The translations under genes and the position numbers were made by a program. Positions 11,799 to 22,088 of a stretch of 64,000 nt of DNA are shown here, one piece after another; position 1 is the first letter of the stretch, and each line of letters opens with the position of its first letter. Source of the DNA: an uncultured Nitrososphaerales archaeon. Lineage in GTDB: Archaea > Thermoproteota > Nitrososphaeria > Nitrososphaerales > Nitrososphaeraceae. The stretch is taken from positions 864,001 through 928,000 of the forward strand of contig CAVQMO010000010.1 of assembly GCA_963713605.1 (NCBI GenBank). Reading direction: 5' to 3'. The notes under the pieces are model-generated. The model worked only from the letters and a program-made list of their open reading frames with translations, did no database searches and was not told the origin of the DNA.

Positions 11799-12682
11799 TC
11801 AATCCAATATGAATAGCATCGTATTTCTTCGCTTGCCAATTCTTCTCATATAGAAATTAACAGATTTCGGAGTTTTTTGGTACGGGTGCTTAATCATAGA
11901 TGCTTTGAGAGAAACATATGGACTAGCACTATTGACGTTGGTTGATGTAGACCAGAAATTGGGTTTGATATGTACAATAACATTGGCTGTATGTTTTAGA
12001 TAAGTTCCCCCGGCCGGCTTGGGAATAAATCCGCTATTAGCAACATTACAGTCTCCGGTTGCGACTATGGCAACTTTATTTTTAGTACACGCTCTATAGA
12101 TAGTTCCAAGAGTCTTCTTTAGTGTATTAGCATCATCACTTACATTCCCATTCGGATCTCTATCATTAACAAGAAATTTTGTTAGATCTCTTATCGCAAG
12201 AAGCTTGATGTCTGGATCAGATTCGATCTTGTCGGAGATCTCGTCTGCTATTTCGACTTGATGCTCTTGGTTATACGCTGTTTGCACAAGCAAATTCTTG
12301 AATACTATTTTTGGTTCTATGCCAGCGTATTTTGCTGTGATTGTAATTTTTTCAGGATTCAGTAATTGATGCTTGTTTCTATCTATAGAAAAATCGATAT
12401 TATTGAGAAAGATGGAGCGGACTCAAATCCATTCTTTTTCTTGCTCTTTGGTAAGCCAATTAAGTGCCGATATAATAAAGAGTCAAGAATTAGTTGATTG
12501 TCGTGGCTGCTATAAAATAAATAGAATGACCTCTCTTGAACTCCATCAATTAGCGAGTCAATCTCTGCTGAACCAGTAGACATTTTTTGTAAGTGACTGG
12601 AATTATTCAGCAGATCGAGAGCGCATTTCATTTCAGAGAAATATGTTTGAAATGCAAAAGACAAGCGTGTGGATTGGGACAT
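11799..12682 (-). CDS. RadA/Rad51-fold paralog with degenerate Walker A (frameshifted near 12410)
   Basis: 'STGSAEIDSLIDG' start; Walker A replaced by 'FYSSHDNQLILD'; Walker B-like 'KLLAIRD'; 'KPAGGTYLKHTANVIVHI' L2-type segment. Starts 6 nt after the repaired upstream stop. Confidence 0.75.
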
Positions 12683-12688
12683 CTAATC

Positions 12689-14535
12689 TCAAGAAATACG
12701 AATTTCATTTGGAAAGAACCACAGCTCAATCATGTACATACATGATTGAACCACGGGCATGTACATTTCTGCCGTATAGCTTCCGTCTCGTATCTTCGAG
12801 TATTTGTCGCTGTATATTCTCTTTATTGCTAGCTCTGTAGACATCGCTGATTGCCTGAATCTTTACATCTTCTCCAATCTTCAGATCTTTAGCAACTTTT
12901 TTGACAACATCATACATTATTGGTACAAGTCTTGATTGTTTATAGTCAATGAATCTCTGAACTGAAGCTGGGATGTACAATGATTCATGGCCGAAAAAGC
13001 ACATGCTGGCGGGATAGGTGAAATGTATTCTCGGAATTTAACATTTTGATTTTCAATAACGGAATCTCATCAGGTGATATTGAAATATCATACACTTGTT
13101 TCCAGAACTCTACTAAGTTTCGATTATCTCGTTCAGACACTAACTGATGGCTTGCTTTCTTGGAGACTACATCAACAATGCTACCAAAGTGGCCAGTCGG
13201 GGCTACAATAACTCTATTCCTATAATTTAGTAACATGCGAATAACTGCATTGGCAGTAGCTCCCGCTTCTCTTCTCATTCTAACGTAGTCAAGCACACTT
13301 TCACGAACATAAGCATGTGGACTTAACTCTACGGTCAATTGATGTTTGTGTCGGTATGACTGTTGTGTATTAACTCTGACGTCCACCGAGAAGCCCAAGT
13401 ATAGTTTAGCTTTCTCGCATCTATAGAGTGCAACTGGGTCTTCAAGTAGATAAATTCCATGTCTCATTCTATTCTCTGTAGTATTTTGAATACTCATAGA
13501 AATCACGCGCTCAACCAATCTTCTGATAATTTTGATGTCTTCTGTAGATTCAGCGCCGTTGGCATCAAGCCGCCTAACATTTAATTCTGCAAACTTTGTT
13601 TTTAAATCAGTATCATTTACGGGAAAATAGACTAGATTTCGGCCGTCTGAAACTATTAACTTATCTGATCTAGTATAGAATGATGGCGAGACATTCTCGG
13701 GTAGTACTGCTTCCATTACATCAAAACTAGATGGAACTTCCAAATTAAGAGTTGAAATAGAATTATTATTTGGCTGAGTGTGATCATCATGGTTATTCTG
13801 ATTCAATGAAGCACTTAAGATAAGCTGACTTAGGTTTCGCTGTAACACTTTGGCAGCAAGTTCTTTTGTTAAAACCATCTTGATTGCGCCGGACCCATCA
13901 TACAACTTGCTTGATATTCGTAGATCCCATGCATAGCCCATACCACATTCTTTAGGGCATTTAGTAGCGTCGTACAGAATTAGTGACTTGCATTTGTTAC
14001 AGCGCTTAATTAAACCAGATGTACTGTGAATAGTTGAAATAGTTCCATTCAAAAAAATATGTCTGACTGGCCTGTTAATTGCACCGATCTTTGGAACCCA
14101 TGTATATTCACGAATATCTTCAACATTCTTTGGGTCTAGTTTAGTAAATTCTGTTATTACCAATAATAAAGATCTGTCTGGAAATTCGTGAACATAAGCA
14201 CAATGAATATTATATATAGAATCTCGAATAAGTGGATATGAAATCTTATGGCTGACAAATGATACTTTGCTTGTGGCGTCTTCAAACACGCCGGTGAAGA
14301 CAACTTTTTCTCCGAGAGCGTCGTGCTTTTCCACTGTTTTAAGATAAGCTATTCTGGCTTGTGTCGAAACATATTTTCCAGCTTCCAACTTTGTTAGTGT
14401 AACAGATGGAATCGGTTCACTTAAAGCCGGTGGGGTCGGAAGAGATTTCGGATCTGGATATAGTTCGTTAAATACTTGAGAACTAGTATTACGGGCATTC
14501 TCATCATTCTTACTATAATGTATAACTTCTACCAT
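12689..14535 (-). CDS. RPA-like OB-fold/Zn-finger protein with inserted Argonaute L1-PAZ-like module (about 614 aa after repairing two single-base insertions)
   Basis: OB fold 'VFTGVFEDATSKVSFVSH'; RPA Zn-OB 'SGLIKRCNKC..CPKEC..WDLRISSKLYDGSG'; L1/PAZ-like 'LYLGFSVDV..ESVLDYV..LVEFWKQVYDISI..PLL..YPASMC'. Frameshifts at ~13022 and ~12728. Confidence 0.75.
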
Positions 14536-15588
14536 GCCGAATCACTCCCATCAGTTTTATATGAAATAGCGTCTTGGATTCCGCTTTCTGAGATTGAGAA
14601 TTTCACTCGTTGATATGGTTGACAGGGCGAGTCTTCCATTGTAGCCACTCTATTTTTACCAGACTTTCTTAGAAAGATTCGGTATGTCGAACCATGTGCT
14701 ACTATATTACCCCCCGGCTGCTTTCATGGAATCAAATCCGGGATGTGTGCCGTCGGGATACGATACTATTTGGTTGGTTATCACAACTGCAATATTATAG
14801 ATATCTGCATACCGTCTAAGCTTGTTTAACATCTTTCCAAGTCTCTGCTGTCTATCTGCTAATGTTCCCCGTCCAGAGAACTCAGCTCGATGCAGGGATA
14901 TGATACTATCTATTATTACGAGTTTAGCATTATACTGTTCGATTGATTTGTCTAGATCGTCGATAACTGATTCTAGATGATCACTGCTATAGACTTGACA
15001 ATGAAAGATCTTTTCTAGAATGGGTAATGGATCAAGCCCCCGCTGCTCAGCAATCTGATGTACTCTATTTGCCCGAAATGTATTTTCAGAATCTATGAAA
15101 ATTATGTTTCCCGCTGCTTGATGTTTGTCGTTATTCTTGGTGTCATCACGCTGGTTATTTTCTATAAACTGGTGTGCGGCGATACATAATGTGTGACAAA
15201 TCTGTGACTTGCCAGATCCAAATTCCCCCACCAGCTCAGTGATTGCTTGGGTCTCAAACCCACCATTAAGTAAGTCATCGAAGTCATCTGAACCAGTAGC
15301 ATATCTAGTTAATTTATTGCGCTTTTCCAAGACAACATCAGCAGTAGACAATACACTTGAGAGAGCTCCATTTTCTATCAAAGTCTTTCTAGCATTTGCA
15401 ATGAGGGCGCCGGCTGACTTGACACTAAGCGATGTATCTTCATACTCCGATGATAGTTCAATCGGATTCTGAACAGCTAATTGATAGACTGAATTAATAT
15501 TTAATTTCTTAAGTTTCTTAATCATATCGCTAGTGATATCTGGAATCTCTTCCATAGTAACTTCTTTCAGTCGGCTAGTCATTTGCAT
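14529..15588 (-). CDS. radA: Divergent RadA recombinase paralog (frameshift in C6 run at 14710-14715)
   Basis: N-terminal HhH-type domain, Walker A GEFGSGKS, 'FIDSENTFR', Walker B 'LVIIDS', 'RAEFSGRGTLADRQQRL'. Removing one base gives 'GGNIVAHGSTYRIFLRK...DSP' ending at TAG 14529. Confidence 0.92.
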
Positions 15589-15621
15589 CACGACAGTGTA
15601 TGTTAAACATTCTTGATTCTT

Positions 15622-15640
15622 TGTTAATAAAATTAGCAGT
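15622..15640 (-). promoter_or_regulatory. Putative TATA-box promoter of the radA operon
   Basis: TTTTATTAA about 40 nt upstream of ATG 15588 on the minus strand. Confidence 0.35.
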
Positions 15641-15948
15641 AACTTGTAGGCCCGGGGAGTGGGGTATGGATAGCGAGTATTTGACAATCAATAGTTACTG
15701 ACGCTATTTTATTAGTATCAATCACACTCACGATTTCTTAGATCGTAGTTGCTAGGACACAATCCTCCCCCACCTGAAAGTCAGCTGGCATATAATAGTC
15801 ATTTTTGATAAGTACTAGACATGTCAAGACAAAGCCTGTACTAAACTAGTCCCCCCAAAAACAAAGCCTGAAAATCAGGTTCTCGAAACAATAGAAGAAT
15901 CCAGTCTACCAGGTACAAAAAGAAGAGTCGGTGTTGTCTGAGCTAGCC

Positions 15949-16056
15949 ATGGAAATAGAGTGTCCCCGATGTAATGATTTAATGGAATTGTGCTCGAGCT
16001 TCGATAAATTAGTGTACACATGCAACAGTTGCAGTTTTTCGTTGAAATGTGTTTAA
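15949..16056 (+). CDS. Small zinc-ribbon protein, divergent from the radA operon
   Basis: MEIECPRCNDLMELCSSFDKLVYTCNSCSFSLKCV*, with CPxC...CxxC; may extend upstream. Confidence 0.6.
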   Translation: MEIECPRCNDLMELCSSFDKLVYTCNSCSFSLKCV

Positions 16057-16239
16057 AGAAAAGACATACATCTTATCGTAAGATTTTTGTTCAACTAAGA
16101 TGGACTACCAGTTTAGCACTACCAGTTTAGAAGATAAGTGCTGTGATAGCGTTTGGACTGATGTAAAGAATATTGGAATGTTTGATTTGTGTGCTATCGG
16201 CATCATCATCTTAATTGTCATGTTTGTAGGTCCAGCACG

Positions 16240-16335
16240 GAACTAATGCCCATTTCGACTCATGGATCATTCATGAACGTAATGTAACTCGGGGAATGAA
16301 GATAGAATTTTACAGGAGTAATAACATTGTTATAA
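16240..16335 (+). pseudogene. 3' relic of the Cys-rich family at 33151 and 62812
   Basis: 'ELMPIST..SF' and 'TRGMKIEFYRSNNIV' match 'ELMPIATDESF...TRGMEIEFYKSN'. Confidence 0.65.
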
Positions 16336-16389
16336 CTTGTATCCACCAGATAGCCGAGCCGGTTGGTACTTATTGCGCTTAACTTCTAA

Positions 16390-16690
16390 TTAGATAAGAA
16401 TATTGTTTTCTAGCTGTTCTTCGTAATGCAAATTGGAACAGAATATTTCGCCAGGATATGTTACATGCCCTAACTTATCGTACACGCTACCAATTAGATT
16501 CGCCAGCTCAATTGGTTTTGCTATGGATTTCACAATGTACCTGTTTTCTACTAATTCGTTTGAAAGTGTATAATCCAGATCGTATGCAGAAATCGGAATT
16601 ATTATAGTTCCATTATGGTCTTTTATTTTCTTAGCAACAGAATCACCAAAAATATCGCCCAATTTGTAATCCAACAATATGAGGTGAATT
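16390..16690 (-). pseudogene. Receiver-domain fragment, 5'-truncated
   Basis: 'LLDYKLGDIFGDSVAKKIK...IIPISA...IAKPI'. Confidence 0.7.
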
Positions 16691-16733
16691 TAGTTATAAA
16701 CACATTTTCTCATAAATGGTCTTTTTGAAGCAG

Positions 16734-16904
16734 TTACTTTACTTCCTTTACTGCACATGTGTCACAGTATTTTTCTATGAGCATAACTCCATCGCCTACA
16801 GTGAATAATGCCTCCTGTGTAGCCTTGTTACCACAGGTTGTACAGAATTTTGTCTTTCCACTACTATCGCTAAATGACCTTAACATTGAAAATATTTTTT
16901 CCAT
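16734..16904 (-). CDS. Small zinc-finger protein (56 aa)
   Basis: MEKIFSMLRSFSDSSGKTKFCTTCGNKATQEALFTVGDGVMLIEKYCDTCAVKEVK*; below the ORF-track cutoff. Confidence 0.7.
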   Translation of the reverse strand: MEKIFSMLRSFSDSSGKTKFCTTCGNKATQEALFTVGDGVMLIEKYCDTCAVKEVK

Positions 16905-17200
16905 TCTATTGCTTCACTCTTACTAACATTTCATTGGTTATATTTCTTGGCAATACTGCAACCATGGTACTTGCATCAAATATGAATTTTGGATTGTTAC
17001 TCAATACTATAGGTAGTTGTTGTGCACATAAGAACCTACACTCCCTAATGTAAGTTAATGAGGATTTTGGTAGTGGAAGTCTTTTATAGTTCGCCAGAGG
17101 TTAGAGATTTCTAAAATTGGAGGCCCTGCATAGAACGTGTGGGTTCAAGTCATATTGAACAGATTTCCTCGTGGATCATTGAAAACACTTTAAAGTCTTG

Positions 17201-17220
17201 TCAAACCCCCTTGGGCCCAC
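17201..17220 (+). repeat. att-like 20-bp direct repeat, copy 1 (tRNA 3'-end-like)
   Basis: TCAAACCCCCTTGGGCCCAC, identical to 19384-19403; directly upstream of an integrase stub. Confidence 0.8.
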
Positions 17221-17278
17221 GTCAATATTGTCCCTTTATTTAGGCCCATCTCGCATAATAGAGCGTCAAATAGATCGG

Positions 17279-17428
17279 ATGTCAGTCATAGAGCAAGCAA
17301 CAAATCCTCTCTCGCAATTCCTATACGCCTTGAAGGCCCCTGAAACTAAAAGACAATGGCCTAACAGATTGAAAGTTGTTTTTGACTTCTTAGGGCTTGC
17401 TGGCCGACGACCTCAGACAACGTCATAA
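17279..17428 (+). pseudogene. Tyrosine integrase N-terminal stub
   Basis: 'NPLSQFLYALKAPETKRQWPNRLKVVFDFLGL' resembles the N-terminus of thaumarchaeal integrases, then ends abruptly. Confidence 0.6.
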
Positions 17429-17736
17429 TTGGCTACACGAGAAATGAAATGAGAGAGACATATCTGTGGTATTGCCATATATAGAACCTGAGATTCACTA
17501 CGTAGATCAAGTCACAGGCCAATGATGTTGTTCGACAGCCCCAGATTGTCGTTGCAGTTTTGGCATTAGTTAATCAAGAATTATACGGGAGTACCGATTT
17601 AGACTTTATGTATCTTCAAATGATAGATACCATACTACACGATTAGCCATTGATACATTCGGTGGTTTTGGCAATGTGACCATTTTGATACTATATTATA
17701 CTAGGGGCTTCTATGGTTTAAGTGCTATTCTTACCC

Positions 17737-17967
17737 TTATTCCGCTGGCGGCGTTGCATTCCCTTTTCTTATCTGTTGTTCTGTTTTAAGATACTCCTCG
17801 AATTTTACAAGTGATGGTATTAAATAGTGTAAATCATGCAATGTATCATCTACCTTGATGTCTTTCCAGTTTGAGATAATTTTCTGAAAGCGTTCTTCTT
17901 CGTTACTTGGAAAGCCTACTAGTGCGCCATATAATTCACTTATAACCTTGTTCACTTCAGTAGTCAT
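17737..17967 (-). CDS. Hypothetical protein
   Basis: 76-aa ORF with ATG start; no recognisable motif. Confidence 0.45.
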   Translation of the reverse strand: MTTEVNKVISELYGALVGFPSNEEERFQKIISNWKDIKVDDTLHDLHYLIPSLVKFEEYLKTEQQIRKGNATPPAE

Positions 17968-18289
17968 TTCTTATTCTCCTGCAGCCTCTTTGAAGAGATT
18001 CATCTTATAACTTTCTACACCCTTCATTAGTTTATAAACTTCGCATAATTCTCCATTCCTTAAACTCTCAGGTGCAATCACACATGTAAGATAATTTATC
18101 AACTCTTCTACGCAGTATTAAACCTGTCTCAAATAGTATAAGGAGACTTCTATCATATTCACTACTCCTCATATAACCGAATAATCATCAGGCTTCAAAA
18201 AAGCCTCACTATCATTTATAGAAGATTGATTGTGATTGCAAATGGAGGGAATATGGATTAAAAATTAAAAAAATGGTGGTGGAAATAAC

Positions 18290-18931
18290 TTACCGTGGTT
18301 GCACGAAGAGCCCTGTACCTCTGACCACTGAATCTTGTGGTACTACACAAACTGCTGATGGTGTAGCGTCCCCTGGTCCCACTCCTTTGGGTACGAGGCT
18401 GAATGAAATTGCCTGTTGCACATTGTTTCCTGGAGATAGGGTCAATGGTGCTTTGGTGAAAGAATCAGTGCCCGTGAACGAATTTGGAATCCTGGCTTGT
18501 AGGGCCTCTGTACTCTGTATGCTTACTTGACCTGGGGATTGAAAAGTTATTTTGTTTACTGCTCCTATAGCAGTGGGTGGACATCCTAATCCTGTAGTTG
18601 GCTTCAGCGTTATGAAGTGATTGTGGAATATGGGATTAAGTCCGTTACCACCCTGCGTCGCACTATCCAGCACACCTTTGTGTGTAGTACTCACTATTAT
18701 ACCTCCTTGGGTTAGTAAGCCATAACCAAATGCTGATGGAACTCCATTTCCGTTGGTTGGAATCACACCATTGGTTTTGAATTTCGCATCTAGCCCAGAT
18801 GGATTCTTGCGAACGAGTACCTGATCTAGATTCAGAAAGCCTACTAGTGCTGAGACTGCTATTGGCGATATAATCATTGCTGTCACCAAGGATGCTACCA
18901 CGAATCCGCTAAAAATAATCGCGTTTTTCAT
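18290..18931 (-). CDS. Secreted hypothetical protein
   Basis: Signal peptide; 'THKGVLDS..Q' and 'FHNHFITL' motifs. Confidence 0.8.
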   Translation of the reverse strand: MKNAIIFSGFVVASLVTAMIISPIAVSALVGFLNLDQVLVRKNPSGLDAKFKTNGVIPTNGNGVPSAFGYGLLTQGGIIVSTTHKGVLDSATQGGNGLNPIFHNHFITLKPTTGLGCPPTAIGAVNKITFQSPGQVSIQSTEALQARIPNSFTGTDSFTKAPLTLSPGNNVQQAISFSLVPKGVGPGDATPSAVCVVPQDSVVRGTGLFVQPR

Positions 18932-19380
18932 GCTGATGGAATTATTGATCCAAATTATCGTATTTCTGGATTAGGCAGCCTCTGACTCGAAGAAGAATAT
19001 GAGATGTTTAGGAGACAATTGATCCTAATTCTTAACTACATAAATTTCCAACTATCTAGTTTATGGAATTCCTATAAATATTTCGATATGCTATTAATGG
19101 TTTCTGTAGGTCTGTTAATAGGAATAAATAGAAGGATACTCATTCGATACAATCTAATTATCGAATGAAAAGAAGCCATTTCGGAAAAGTAGAAATTCAA
19201 TTTTTCTTGTTTAATTGCATACCTCAATCTTTTCAAGGATTATTTGAGAATGCATGCTGTAGATGACATACAATCAGAGAAGCAAATGCAACTATTACAA
19301 CAAGCGTCAGCGTAGGAAGAAGAAAGGGATGAATGGAGGAATATAGAGAAGAATTTGAGCCTAACTTTTAAGTCAAAAAT

Positions 19381-19404
19381 GGTTCAAACCCCCTTGGGCC
19401 CACC
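19381..19404 (+). repeat. att-like repeat, copy 2 (T-loop plus acceptor strand of a tRNA)
   Basis: GGTTCAAAC-CCCCT-TGGGCCC-A-CC fits tRNA positions ~52-75; 90 bp upstream of the integrase. Confidence 0.8.
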
Positions 19405-19494
19405 TACTACGTGGGTTCATATACTTCTAGACGCCTTAGATGAATTGAAAGAATATCCGATGACGAACAACGGTCAGGAAAAGAGGTTGCACTA

Positions 19495-20461
19495 ATGCCT
19501 ACTTTGCTTTCCACAACAGTCAAACATTTTCACGATAGAGTGCCAAATTCTGTGAATTCCAAGTTAATGGAAGATTTTCATGCCTACATGAAAGACAACA
19601 CAACCTCTGAAAGACATCAGAATAACAACCTGAAGGCCATTATCGCTTTTGCTGGGTTCATAGGATCCGAAACTACATTCTACCAAATTTCCTCAAAAGA
19701 ACAGATAACGAAATTTCATCCTAAAATTAGATCTAATTCTGAAGACCTTGACCAACGATGGATTACGACATGGAATGACTATCTTGTACGTATTAAGCAT
19801 TTTTTTTAGGTGGCTTCATAATCACAGAAGTGGAGTAGACCAGACCCAAGATTTCTCTTCGACTGACTGGTACACTCCAGGGTTCGTAAATATCAAAAAG
19901 AAGAAAACAAAGAGACTAAGTCCTTATGGAGAACATGAGATTTGGAACATTGAGGACCTTAAGACAGTAGTTAAATATGAACCCCACAAACGCAATAAAG
20001 CAGCGTTAGCCCTTCTTTGGGATTTAAATGGAAGAAATCACGAGATTACATTGCTGCGTACCAAGCATGTTAGATTAAGAGAGCGGTACGGAGAAGGCGA
20101 GATTCAGCATCAGGCTAAGACAGGATCTGGTCCGATATTGCTGACCTTTTCATTCCCCTATGTTAGAGACTGGCTGAATGAACATCCGTTTCGTAACACT
20201 CCAGAAGCACGATTAATTTGTAGTCTTAATAATGGTGCACCTATCAAATCTGAAGCTCTTTGGACAATGATGAAGCAACTCAAATCAAGAATAACAAGGA
20301 TGATTAAAAGTTGGGAAATAACTGATGAAACTGAAAGAGAAAGGCTACGAGTACTACTTACCACTAAGAAATTCAATCCGTACTGTCTTCGTCACTCATC
20401 TATCTCGCATGAGTCAGATTTTCTTCCTGACTACGCTCTTAAAGCCTTACAAGCCTCATAA
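19495..20461 (+). mobile_element. Tyrosine recombinase/integrase, frameshifted and 3'-truncated
   Basis: 'WDLNGRNHEI' (catalytic Arg), 'AKTG', 'NPYCLRHSS' (HxxR-type box). Frameshift in the T-run near 19800; ends before the expected catalytic Tyr. Confidence 0.85.
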
Positions 20462-21035
20462 ACATTAAAGATCTATGATTAAAGATCTATGTTCAATCTC
20501 CTTGATTCTCTGTGACGTCTGCGTTCTCATCAGGAAGCTTTAGGTTTCCTTTTATTAACAATGTATACCTAAGATGGATTTAGTATCAAAATGTCCTCAA
20601 TGCCAAAATGTGAGAACAATTGAAATAATGCCTAGTAATGTAATACCTACGACATGGAGAAGCCCCAGTGTGATAGCTGTGGAAACAGATATTGGGATGA
20701 TTGGAAGGACTTGGTTTAGTCTCAAAAGTTAGTATACATTTTATTACTTAATGAATGTACGATAAATTTAACTGGCATTACTAATTCAGTTATCATTACG
20801 CCGGCTTTGGTCCTGGCACAGTAAACATATTCAGACAATTAATAGGTTTAGAAGAAGCGAAATGGGGAGATGACTTTATCTTGACTGATGATATTAACAA
20901 AGAAGATGATATTAGAAATAAGCGACTCATTAAGACTAAGCAAACTAGTCTCTCTGACTTTTTGAAATAAATATTACGATAAATCTAGTGACCTTGAAGA
21001 TGGAGTGATTACTTGAGGTCTAGATATTCAGGTTC

Positions 21036-21434
21036 TCAATTTTCTTCCAAATATCTCTTCCAGTTATTAACTTCTATATCAAATCCCTTGAGTTGTTCCT
21101 GAAATTGATCATCTGCAAGTCCATCTGGTCTCATAAATGCCCAAGTGGTTGTAGAACCATTCTCGTTAGGAATTACTCTAACATATACCTTCCATTCTAA
21201 TCCTCCACCTACGAATTCATGATCGAGTATTCCAAATTCAGGAACTGGTGAGACTTTCATCCTTCCCTTCCCTGCGACAATGTGATCAAAATTCCACCAA
21301 TCGTCATCGCCTTTTGTAACTGATTTAATCGCGCCGCCAATTACCATATTCTTGACATCGGAAAAGAAATCAAATACATGATTCGCGGGTTTATTCACGG
21401 TCATGACTTTGACGATAACTTGCCTGGGCGCCAT
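21036..21434 (-). CDS. SRPBCC/START-like family protein
   Basis: 'VNKPANHVFDFFSD...FGILDH...RVIPNENGS'. Confidence 0.75.
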   Translation of the reverse strand: MAPRQVIVKVMTVNKPANHVFDFFSDVKNMVIGGAIKSVTKGDDDWWNFDHIVAGKGRMKVSPVPEFGILDHEFVGGGLEWKVYVRVIPNENGSTTTWAFMRPDGLADDQFQEQLKGFDIEVNNWKRYLEEN

Positions 21435-21584
21435 GCAATTGTTCTATGACATCTGTCAGGACGAATATTTATTCCTTAATCTATGACGGCAGTACCTCGT
21501 AAGACATGAAACAAAGGTGCGATGGAATTCCGGGCCGCAATTTACTTACTCAATCAATAACTCCTTAAGATACGAAAACATGTA

Positions 21585-21998
21585 CTATTTCCATTCCCAT
21601 AACCTATGTTTGTAATTACCTAATGCATCTACCTCATACACATTCACTCCAACGAGATGATTAAGAAATGCAAGTCTATTCTCTGAATGTGTTTCATAAA
21701 ATAACGCACCCACGTATCTCATCTTTCCTGACTCAACCATTTTCCCCTCTGTACGACCTGTTGCCGTTGCCATCTCACGACCATCCTTGGTCATTATTAC
21801 TCCTTGACCTTCACTATATGAAGTGCCATCAGGTCTTTGAATTTCCCAATAGGTCCAAGTTGTTGTCACTTCCAGACTCCCTGCGAATAGTCCGGTGCCT
21901 GCGATTGAGATTTCTAATTTGGGAATCCCGTTTTCAACTGATAATACTCGGTGACCAGTGATTTTTCCTTTGCTTTCGAAAAGTAGTTCTCCTAACAT
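21585..21998 (-). CDS. Conserved hypothetical beta-rich protein
   Basis: 'MLGELLFESKGKITG...RPDG..YSEGQG...WEWK'. Confidence 0.75.
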   Translation of the reverse strand: MLGELLFESKGKITGHRVLSVENGIPKLEISIAGTGLFAGSLEVTTTWTYWEIQRPDGTSYSEGQGVIMTKDGREMATATGRTEGKMVESGKMRYVGALFYETHSENRLAFLNHLVGVNVYEVDALGNYKHRLWEWK

Positions 21999-22088
21999 CT
22001 AACTTTCACAAGACAGTGGCCGTATTAACGATTTATGTAATTCTCTAACGATTATATGTCTAAGCCACGAATAATATGTAACCATAAA

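Noticed and set aside
12689..14535. Full-length prokaryotic Argonaute
   Set aside because: No MID or PIWI (DEDX) region; the sequence returns to an RPA-type strand after the PAZ-like part.
15589..15687. N-terminal extension of RadA given by the ORF track
   Set aside because: No RadA similarity and it overlaps a likely promoter; ATG 15588 or 15582 is more plausible.
17100..17225. Complete tRNA gene (GTGTGGGTTCAAGTC at ~17137 plus the att core)
   Set aside because: No D-arm, anticodon arm or matching 5' acceptor strand can be folded; only 3' fragments are present.
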